Source: Deinococcus sp. (GTDB lineage: Bacteria > Deinococcota > Deinococci > Deinococcales > Deinococcaceae). From it: 64,000 nt of DNA. Of the stretch, positions 43,194-53,173 are shown one piece after another. Position numbers and translations under genes: made by a program. Location: the NCBI GenBank assembly GCA_965261005.1, contig OZ253375.1, forward strand, positions 128,001 to 192,000. Reading direction: 5' to 3'. Each line of letters begins with the position of its first letter. Position 1 is the first letter of the stretch. The notes beneath the pieces are model-generated. The model did not search any database, had not been told where the DNA came from, and saw only the letters and a program-made list of their open reading frames with translations.

Positions 43194-44249
43194 GCCACTG
43201 GAGTCGAATTGGACTCTCACCGTTGTAGAAGTATTGTAAGCCCTTCCGCCTGAGTAATATCCTTCTCCGACGACTCTACTAAACGGTACATCTACGGTTC
43301 GTATGCCCGGCCTGTACATTGACTGTGCTCTCTCATAAGCAGATAGAAGATCGGCGTTGTCTAAAAAACGTGTTGAATCTCTAAGAGGTCCTTGTACACC
43401 GTCAGGTGTATAGCCAGTTCTAGCCCTGTACTGCTGTTGTTCAAGGGTCGTACCAGCGCCGTGACGCCGTAAACCATGTGTGCTGTCAGTCCCGAAGCGA
43501 TCTTCGAGCAGTTTGATAGCTGCCTTCGGCTCACAGTTATGAACCAACCACCCCTGCGTGCCGACGAAGAAGGTATGGGCGTCCTTGACCTCCAGGTTGT
43601 ACATGGTCCTGGTCTGGGTGACGGTGTTGACGTACCTCACGACCCCGAAGCCGCCATCCGCCTTCTGAATCTTATCCCCGACCTTGAGGTGCCCCGCCCC
43701 AACCCAATGCTCGTTCAGGTCCTCATGACCGATGGGTTTCGGTCTGGCTTGGTTACCCGACTGCGCCTTGACGTAGAAGGGGTGCTCAGGTGTGGTCGTG
43801 ACGAGTTCCTGGTCCACTTGCAGGAAGGTGATCTGAGGGTCCTGGTTGATGAACACCTGCTGGATCGGCTGGTATTCGTTCTGCCCCTTCTGCTCGTTGT
43901 ACGCCAGCACGTCCTGGCCGACGGCGAGCGAGGCGATGGGAGTGAGACCGAGTTTGGTCAGCACCGGCGTGTCCGGCGAGAAGGAGTGCAAACAGCTGAA
44001 GGCTTTGCCAAAGGCGTTGGCCTCGCTGCGCGCGATGTCCCGACCCGCCACCTCGCCCGCCTCCAGCGCAGCTTTGCCGAGTCCGAACTCAGGTTTGAGC
44101 GCGTCGAAGAAGGGCACGAACGTCGCTACGGTCAAGGCGCCGGACTCCGCCTGCTGCCACCACGGTATCTCGCGTCCGGTATACGGGTCGCGTCCGGTGA
44201 AAAAGCGGTAGCCATCGTTGTAGCCGATGAAGTCCAGCGCTTCGCGCAA
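43194..44249 (-). pseudogene. Orphan cassette 2: pre-toxin TG, full HINT and toxin domain truncated by IS4
   Basis: GRDPYTG..WWQQ, CLHSF..TPEHPF..VHN, then HGLRRH..STRF. Confidence 0.85.
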
Positions 44250-44328
44250 GGTGCCGTACAGCAGCTGCTTGCTTCTGAGAGACGAGCCTCAACCTCCCCT
44301 GTACAAATCCGTGTCAATCCCAACATCC

Positions 44329-44697
44329 TCAATAAGCCTCGAAACCATCAATCTGTATCAGTCCGAATACCACCCGAATCGCCTTGTCTGACGATTCCAA
44401 CATAAACCCTCCATCCGTGTCTGTAATAATCAGCTTTACATGGTGGCTGACAGCAGGATAAGTGATATGTGCCAGTTTCACTTCGTGAAGCGTTAAATTC
44501 ATAACTGCTGTAGTCGCTCTCTTATCCCACCTTGGACTAGGCAAATCTGGGAAGTGGCTCAACTCAATGCGCATCTCTACCCTGTATAACTGCCACAAAA
44601 GGCTGGTCTGAATGACTTGCCCCTCAAGGTCAGGACTTGGATCACGGTATCGCTCTGTCAACTGCCTTGGATTGTTTGCTACTTCATACCAGCGCAT
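44329..44697 (-). CDS. Immunity protein, Imm50-like (cassette 1)
   Basis: WYEVANNP..Y..PDL..FPDLPSPRW pattern; AGGAGG RBS. Confidence 0.7.
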   Translation of the reverse strand: MRWYEVANNPRQLTERYRDPSPDLEGQVIQTSLLWQLYRVEMRIELSHFPDLPSPRWDKRATTAVMNLTLHEVKLAHITYPAVSHHVKLIITDTDGGFMLESSDKAIRVVFGLIQIDGFEAY

Positions 44698-44724
44698 CGC
44701 ACACCTCCTACTGCAAGACACCAC

Positions 44725-45314
44725 TCATCTCTGAAAAGGGTAGTGGTCGAGCGTTCCGGGTAACGTCGTTCTAGGCTTGCCGAACGGGCGAACGTTGAAG
44801 TGTGGGGGTTGATCGCCTACCCCTCCCTGCTGGAATGAGTGGCCCGCCGAGTGGTCTTGAATCGTTATTTTGGTACCATCTGGCCGAACAAAGTCATACT
44901 CCCTGGTCAGCACCGGACGACCGTTGGGTTGGCGGACGATAACACCGTTCTGAGTCAGAGGAACTTCGCGGTATTGCCTTCCTCCAGCCTGTGCAAAGGG
45001 CTGCTGACTCACCGGTATTCCAGCGTCACGCTTCGCCTGCGCGAAAGCTCCACTTCGACCTGGCAAATCGCAATTATGGACCAACCACCCCTGCGTCCCG
45101 ACGAAGAAGGTGTGGGCGTCCCTGACCTCCAGGTTGTACATGGTCCTGGTCTGCGTGACGGTGTTGACGTACTTCACGACGCCGAAGCCGCCATCCGCCT
45201 TCTGAATCTTATCCCCGACCTTCAGATGCCCGGCGCCAACCCAATGCTCGTTCAGGTCCTCATGACCGATGGGTTTCGGTCTGGCTTGGTTGTCCGACTG
45301 CGCCTTAACGTAGA
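44725..45314 (-). pseudogene. Orphan cassette 1: partial HINT plus Tox-HNH-EHHH-like nuclease (44725-45072)
   Basis: AKRDAGIP.SQQP..REY..IQDHSAGH..HFNVRP..DHY. Confidence 0.82.
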
Positions 45315-45495
45315 GGGAGCGTGCGAGGGTGGGAAGGATAGCTGGGGCGCTCTTTTCGTACCAATCCCGCTTGCGTCTGTAGGCACAGTAACCACGCTGT
45401 AGTCACGCTCTCGACTAGATACCTTCCTCCTGCTAAAGCTGTACGACAGTAACTGTAGTTGCGGAACGAGCGGCAGGGTGACAGCGATAGACAGG

Positions 45496-45530
45496 AAAAA
45501 GCCCTCCTCGCTCATCTGCGAGGAGGGCTT
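45496..45530 (-). terminator. Rho-independent terminator after cognate immunity gene
   Basis: Minus strand AAGCCCTCCTCGC-AGATGA-GCGAGGAGGGC-TTTTT. Confidence 0.85.
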
Positions 45531-45542
45531 GAAGGCCACACT

Positions 45543-46001
45543 TTAGGTACCTACCTCCCAAAATGTAGTGTAAGGGTCGAAATCATCGTTGTCATAGAAA
45601 GCTTCAACCGAGAAGTTCCGGTCAGGATAAGCTGATAACAAAGCGCCTCTCCAACAGGCCGCAATAATATCGCATAACATTTTAAGTAATTCAAAGTTAA
45701 TATCCTCATTAGGATCATCGTTTACGAAGAGCTGTGAAATGTGCAAGTGATTCATAACCTTTTGAACCTCTGACATTTTACCGTCTAGGCGTCTCTCCCA
45801 ATCGTCTACCCCGTCTTGCGAGAATTGATATTTTATGAATACTGATGCCTTGTATTCTACAAAGTCCGGCGAAAATAAGGACGATAACAAGAGGACCTGT
45901 TGCAGATCGTATTTATGCGAAATGTAAGAAAGCGGCGTAATGTTGCGTCCATTAATATCACGTAGCCATTGTAGATACTCAGGAATGTCCTGACGTTTCA
46001 T
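45543..46001 (-). CDS. Cognate immunity protein of the main toxin
   Basis: ATGA overlap with toxin stop; AT-rich, acidic. Confidence 0.8.
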   Translation of the reverse strand: MKRQDIPEYLQWLRDINGRNITPLSYISHKYDLQQVLLLSSLFSPDFVEYKASVFIKYQFSQDGVDDWERRLDGKMSEVQKVMNHLHISQLFVNDDPNEDINFELLKMLCDIIAACWRGALLSAYPDRNFSVEAFYDNDDFDPYTTFWEVGT

Positions 46002-46275
46002 CTTCTCCTCAATGTGGGAATTTCATCGGGATTTGCCGGTCGTGGATACGTCTCATTCCCAAGGAATTTCTGCCCGGTTTTTGGGTTAACGTCACGCCCT
46101 CGGTAGACAACATGTGGAGTAGGAACGTCCCCGTGAGTGGCTCCCACTAAATCAACGCGCTTAACAGGCAACCCATCGTTTCCATACACCTGGTATCTTG
46201 TAACGTTACCATTACCATCTACCCTATACAGCACCTCGCCTGGCTTTGCTTTGGGTGGGAATGATCTACCTGTTA

Positions 46276-47157
46276 CTAGAGGGTGCCAAGCAGGCATTTG
46301 AAGTAGGGGAGGTCGGCTCTGTGTGAAGCAGAATGAGGGATGACCCGGCGCGCCTACCCCTCTGACCTCGACGACGAGACCTATCAGTTCATGCTGCCTT
46401 ACCTGCTGCTGTCCCCCGAAGACGCCCCCCAACGACAGTACGCTCTGCGAGATGTGCTCAACGCGCTGTTCTACGTCGTCCGTACCGGCGTTCAGTGGCG
46501 CTATCTTCCCCATGATCTGCCCCCCGGCGAAACCGTCCGTCAACAAGCCCAGCGCTGGTTCGAGGCAGGCTGCTTCGAGAACATGCTGCGCGACCTGCGC
46601 ATCTTCTCCCGTCTCCAACACGCCCGTGGGGAGGAGCCAACGGCGGTGATCCTCGACAGCCGCACCCTCCAGAGCACCCCCGAAAGCGGCAGCAGGGCCG
46701 GTTACGACGGCGGCAAGAAGCGCAAAGGGACCAAGGTGCACATCGTCGTGGACACCCTGGGTCATCTCTTGACCTTGATGAGCACACCTGCGAACGAGCA
46801 AGACCGTGCCCAAGTCCACGAGCTGTGTGTGCAGGTACAGGAGGTGACGGGGGTGAAGGTGGAGGTGGCCTTTGCCGATCAAGGGTACACCGGACAAGAG
46901 ACGGCGCAAGACGCGGCGGATGGTGGGGTGGAGCTGATCGTGGTCAAGCGGCCAGAAGCGACCAAAGGGTTTGTGTTGCTACCGAAGCGCTGGGTGGTGG
47001 AACGGAGCTTTGCATGGCTGTCACGCTTCAGACGGCTGGGACGCGATCTGGAACGGCTGCCTGAGATGCTGCTGGGCTTTCATACCCTCGCCTTCTGCCT
47101 TCTGCTCTCAACGAAACTCGCTGTCTAGAGTTCGCTTGGCTCCTTGGCACCCTCTAG
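46276..47157 (+). mobile_element. IS5-family element, intact (transposase 46340-47128)
   Basis: Ends CTAGAGGGTGCCAAG / CTTGGCACCCTCTAG, with CTAG at both junctions. Confidence 0.93.
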
Positions 47158-50100
47158 ACGGCCTTCTCCGATCAAGTCGTCCGCATGTGCAAGTCCTAAG
47201 GGGCAGCTCGCATTGTGAACCAACCAGCCCCGCGTCCCAACGAAGAAGGTGTGGGCGTCCCTGACCTCCAGGTTGTACATGGTCCTGGTCTGCGTGACGG
47301 TGTTGACGTACTTCACGACGCCGAAGCCGCCGTCCGCCTTCTGTATCTTATCGCCGACCTTGAGGTGCCCCGCGCCCACCCAGTGCTCGTTCAGGTTCTC
47401 ATGGCCGATGGGTTTCGGTCTGGCTTGGTCGTCCGACTGCGCCTTGACGTAGAAGGGGTGCTCTGGGGTGGTCGTAACGAGTTCCTGGTCCACTTGCAGG
47501 AAGGTGACCTGGGGGTCTTGGTTGATGAACACCTGCTGGACCGGCTGGTACTCGTTCTGGCCCTTGGTTTCGTTGTAGGCCAGCACGTCTTGACCGACGC
47601 TCAGGGAGGCGATGGGGAGGAGGCCGGCGCGGGTCAGGACCGGAGTGTCGGGGGTGAAGGAGTGCAAACAGCTGAAGGCTTTGCCAAAGGCGTTAGCCTC
47701 GCTGCTCGCGATGTCCCGGCCCGCCACTTCGCCCGCCTCTAGGGTGGCCTTGCCGAGACCTAGCTCGGGTTTGATCTCGCCGACAAAGGGAAGTACTGTT
47801 GCTGCGGTCAATAGGCCGGACTCAAGCCGCTGCCACCCTGGAATTTCTTGTCCCGTGAGTGGATCCCGTCCTGTAATGGCGCGGTAGCCGTCTGTGTACC
47901 CACTGGCGTCCGAGAACTCACGTGTCGTCTGCGCGGTGCGACCGTCCAGGCTGCTTAGGGTGCTTTTCAGCAGCTTTGTGCTTGCCACGTACGCCCGGTA
48001 ACTTTCTCGCGTCGAATTGTCTTGGTTCGGCGCGCTGTTGTCCGGGTGGGCGCTTCGCCACTTAGACGCCGTGCCGGAGAGCTTGTACAAACCATCTTCC
48101 GAGAGCCTGCCGGTGACCAGGTCGTCTTTCAGGTTGGTGTAGAAGTCGAGCCGCTCTCCCGGCACCCAATTCTGGGTCATGTTGGCGATGGGATCGAGGG
48201 CGGCGGCGGCGCGCTCTCCCCAAGCGTTTTGCGCGGCTGTTCGCAGGTCCGTGATGAGCGCCCTGGCTTTGAGGTCGTAGCCCAGCTGCAAGTCCCGTTG
48301 CGCGTTGTCGGCGGCGTTGCTGTCGTCCACGTTCTTGGGGGTGGGGCTGGCCGCAGGGACCGGACATCTGCGCGGGTCTACTTTACCGAGGGCGGAATCG
48401 CACGGCGGTGGCACGTCCAGCGTCTTGACGTTCCCCTTCACCCCCTCGGCCGGTTTGATGTCCTTGATGCCTTGTCCCGGCTGAGCGACGCCGGGGATGT
48501 TGGGCGTCCCGAGGCCGCTTCCTGCCGCCGGCGTGATGCTGGCCACCCCGTCCGCCGGTGTCGCGCCGACGGGGGGGACGTTGGCCTGTCCCGGCGCCTC
48601 GATCTTGCCCACATCGGGCAGAACCGGCACGCCGCCCGCTGCTGGGACGATGCCCGTGACGTTGAGGTTGTTCAGGCTGCCTGGCAAGACGGAGCTGGGC
48701 GCTTCGAGGGGAGCCAGGTTAACGCCGAAGGGGTTCTGCGTTTGGGTCTGGGTTTGTGGGGCGGCTTGCTGGGTTGGAGTGCTGTCCGGTGATGGGGACA
48801 GGCTGGGCAGGGCGGCGAGGGGCTGCATGCCCAGGGTCGTCACGCCGAAGGGCTGCTCATCTTTGCTCTCAGGCTTTTTGTCTTCTTTGGCTGGGGCTTT
48901 GATGTCGCCGGGGCTAGGGACGTTGGGGTTGGCGCTCAGCGGCGGCAGGATGCTGGCGGGGTCTATCCGCACGATGGCGGAGGTGGGGGTGACGGGGGCT
49001 TCCAGCGGTTGCAGGTCCGCTTGCTCGAGCGCCGAGAAGGTGTAGATGACGCCCCAGACCTCGCCTTCCTTCTCATTCATGCCGTCGGCCAAGGTGTAGC
49101 TCTGGTCCCTGACCTGTTCATTTTCGGGCGCGTCCCAAGGCACTTTTGCCGTGGAATTGATCGGGACCGAGCAGTAATTTCCATTGCAGACCTTGACGTG
49201 CTCAACCACGCCGCGCCGCTTGCGAATAACTTGGACGTCGCCGCCAATCGCGTAGGTCGTGTAGGTCTCGCGGCTGAGGCTGTACTCCTTGTTGCCTGAC
49301 TCCTGAAAGGCGGCGGCTGACGACAGCATCTGGTTTCCGAACGGGTCGTACCGGTAATCGGCGTAATCCGTAGCACTCCAACCCGTCGATTGAATGAATC
49401 CACGGTGGCCATTGGTGGTGTCGTAGATCTGGTTGAACGTCGCCACCCGCTCGTCGGCGTCGTAGCGCTTGCTGTAACCGGCGTACTTGCCAGTCCCCGT
49501 CACTTCGATGCGGTTTCCTCTCGTATCTATGGCGTACGAACTGGTTTCTTTCTGTGTGGAGACGACGTTCCCCGAAGGGTCCTTTAGACTCACGGTCGTT
49601 GCTTCACTCTGTACAACGTTCAACGGATTTGGCGTCAGGCTGTGGTCGGACACATATGAACTCAAGACCGATTTAGTACCGACGGTACTCGTCGTTCCCA
49701 CGGCATGCTCGCTGACACGGTTGCCACGTTCGTCGTAGCCGAAATCGCTTTGCGTTACGGTTTCCGCAGAATCCCTAAGATTGGTATCTTTTTGAGACCA
49801 CACCACGCCCACAAGGCTATTGCCCGCCTTGGCATATACCATAGATGAGGTTTTATCTTGCCCAGGTTTTGTCCCGGGGAACTTTTTGCTTCCCGAGTTG
49901 GCAACCAAGCCGCCGACGGTTGAAGTTGTGCTCTCTTGATACAGAACTGCACCATCGGAAGTAAGAACTGAAGAGTTCACGCTCGCGTCGGATGAGGTTC
50001 GACCGTAGTTCGTCGTCGTTCTGGTGGGTCCTACATAGTTGAGATCGTTGGGACCGTTCGTACCGTTGCTATCCCAAACGCTGGTCTCGCGCCCGCGAGC

Positions 50101-51984
50101 GTCATACCCGTCCACGCGCCTGGTGCCGCCGCCAGTCTTGGTGCTTTTGAGCAAGTTGTCGTAGCCCCAAAATTCTGAGGTTGTCGCGGCAGCACTTGCG
50201 TAGCGCTTTCCGTCCAAATAGTAGGTGTAGTCGGTGTTGACCGTGAGAGGGTCCAGCTTGGCATCTACGCTCAACGGCAACTGATCGCCTACTTGCGCTC
50301 TGCTTATGAGATCGCGCTCATTGTAGAAGGCCGTCATAGCTCCGTTGGTTGCTGCCAATAACGCACCTTTGGTCACACCATCTAGAACCTTCTTCGGCTG
50401 CACCCACGATTCTACGTCACGTAATTCGTGAATTTCCTTGTTGGTTGGCGAATACTGGTAAGAAAAATAATTCTGTTTGAGGGTCGTATCGATAGGCAAA
50501 TTACTGGCGTTGGAAGGAGTATTCCAGTTCTCAGTTACGTTGCCGTTTGCGTCATATTTCCAATACGTCAGATAATTTGCCAATCCTGTACTTGTACCAT
50601 TTCCCAAGCGCTGCTCAGCGAACACGCTGGTCGTACCGCTGAAAGTGCGCTTGTACCGTTGCCCCAAGCCGTTGGTCAGAAACGAGCGTTGAAACTCCTG
50701 GGTATTTTTCGTTCCCGGAGACAAGACATTGTTGTAGCCCACCAGCGACGTCTCGGCTGAAGCGTTGCCGGCGAGATCGTACTGGTGCAGCGTGACGTTA
50801 CCCGAGGTGACGGTGAGCGAGGGATCGTTTGCCAAGACGTCGGGTTTGCTGGCCAGGTTGCCGGTGTAGTCGTAGGTCGTCTCGGCGGTCATCAAACCGT
50901 CCAGCCGGTAGGTTCGCAGCTTGGAGATGGTGCTCGTTCCGCTCAGGTGGGGGCGCTCTTCGGAGATCACCTTGCCGAGGCTGTTATAGACGTATCCGGT
51001 CTCCAGCCCGTTCTCAACCTTGCGCGTCAGGTTGCCCGCGCCGTCGTACTGATAGCTGGAGGACAGGCCGCCGCCCGTCGGGAAGGCCGTGCTGTCGGTG
51101 GTATTGCCGGCGCGCAAAGGCTGCTGCTGGCCTGTGGGCCGCCCGGCGCCGTCGTAGCTTTTGTTGGTGATAAACCCTTCAGGGCTGATGGTGTAGATTT
51201 CGTCGCCCCGCGCGTCGTAGCGCTGCTCGGTCGAAGAGCCGTCGGGCAGGGTGGTGACGCGGGGCCGGCCCGCGTAGTCGTAGGTGTAGCTCGTCTTCGC
51301 GTCGCCGCTGCTGCCGGCCGGCACGTTCATCAGCGCCGCGTGAACGGCGGTCGGGTAGACGCGGTTGCCGTAATCCCGCACTTCTGTTTGCACAAAGGCT
51401 GAGGTGGCACCCGGACTAAAGCTCTTGGCCGCCACGCCCGCGCCCACGCGAGGCTGATAGGTATTTTGCAGCAGGCCGTCGGCCGTGTACGCGTACGCTT
51501 TGGCCACATAGCCATTTGCGTTCGTCTCGGTAAGGACGTTGCCCAGCTGGTCGTACGTCTTCTTCGAGGTGTTGCCGCGCGGGTCCAGCACCTGGATGAG
51601 GCGCCCGGCGGCGTCGTAGGCTATGCTGGTGGTGACCGAGGTGAAGCCGGAGTTCAGCTCTTTATAACCTTCCTCACTGCCCTTCCAAACTTGCTGTGTG
51701 ATCCGTACGGCGTTGTCGTCCGGATCGTAAACGGTCTGCTTCGTGTAGTTGTTGGCGTCCGTGACCTTGGTGGGGCGGTCGAAGATGTCGTAGTCGGTGG
51801 TGATCCGGGCAACGCCCGTGCTCGGCATCTCCCGCTTGTCCGGCTGCACAGTGCCAAACAAAAGCCGGGTTTCCGAAGTGCGGCGGTCGAGACCGTCGTA
51901 GCCGTACTGGACAAACGGACGGCGTTTGTCCGTGTAAGGCATGCCGCTACTGGTAACCAGCGCTGGGCTGAGCTGTTTGGTTAA

Positions 51985-53173
51985 CTGACATATTGCAGTT
52001 TAAGGAGCGTGGGTAGGGATGGCGTCTTGAGCGGCGTCGAGGTCGGCGAGTTCGAGGAGCAGGGCGGCACGGCGCACGTCGGCGAGCAGGGTGAGCCGCA
52101 GGGCTTTGGCCAGTTCACCCCAATCCGGCCACTCGCCAGGTGGCCGTGGTGGCAAGTCGAGATCGGCCAAGTGACACAGCAGGAAGGCCAAGGTCGAGAG
52201 GCACCAAAAGCGGAAGGCGCCCTGTTTGCTGTGCTGGGCAAAGCGTTCCAAACCGAAACGGCCTTTGATGGTTTTGAAGAACGCCTCGATCTTCCAGCGA
52301 CGTTTGCCTACACGGGCCAGGTAGACACCGCCCAGTTTGCAGCTGGACATCACGAAACGCTGTTCGGGCTGCGTGTTGCGGTACAGCCAAACCCAAGAGA
52401 CGGTCATGTGCTGACGCAGTCCTTGAGGGGTGACGGTCGAGCCACGCACGGTGAGGTCGGCGACGGTGCGGCCATCTGCGAGCTTGCGGTTTTTGCGCAC
52501 GCCCACGATCAGATCGAACCCAACGTCGAGGACACCGTGGATGAAGGTGGCACACTCGAAGCCGCCGTCGGCATGCACGCGCGCCTTTCGACCGCTGCTG
52601 AGCAACCCCTTGGGAACGCTGCGGAGCAGTTTAAGGGCCAGCACGGCGGGTGAGGGGGTGCCTTTACCGCGCCAGACCTGGACGGCCCAGGGCAAGCGGA
52701 GCGGACCACAGCAGAGGTAGAGGACGACCAGATGAACGCCGTGGACGCCGTTGTAGACGTGCATCCAGTCATCCAACTGCTCAAAGTGGCCGGTCTTTTC
52801 CAAGCTGGTGAGGTCGATCAAGAGTTCGAGGCGGGGACGCTGGTGGGGAGCTGAGCGCCAGAAGTCGAGGAGCGTTTGCTGAGCGTGGTGACGCAGGGCG
52901 CGAACGAGGGAGCGGGTGGACCAGCCGTAGTGGTTGAGAAACCGGCTGATGGCAGCGGGAGACTTGACGGTGGCTTGACTGGGGAATGGTCGGCCCTTGG
53001 CTTCGAGGAGCAAGTCGAGGAAGACGCGCAACGAGTCGCGGTGCTGCTTACGAGCGAAGCTCTTGAGGATGTCAGAATAGAGTTGTCTGGAACGTGCTTC
53101 TTTTGGATTCACACCCCAGCTTGGGGCCAAAACCGCGTTCCAGACAACCCCTATGAAATCTGCAACATGTCAG
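51985..53173 (-). mobile_element. IS701/IS4-like DDE element copy 2 (transposase 52000-53130)
   Basis: Same TIRs and protein as copy 1; TTAA target duplication. Confidence 0.93.

Noticed and set aside
45998..46909. 303-aa ORF (similarly 40455-41408, 36152-36583, 38969-39814) as genuine fusion proteins
   Set aside because: Chimeric read-through between IS sequence and interrupted genes.
34719..47670. HINT repeats as DGR template/variable repeats or a CRISPR-like array
   Set aside because: No reverse transcriptase or cas genes; differences look mostly synonymous rather than adenine-specific; no short repeat-spacer periodicity.
47212..47670. Mobile intein with homing endonuclease
   Set aside because: Only ~153 aa, with no endonuclease insert; context is a polymorphic-toxin HINT.
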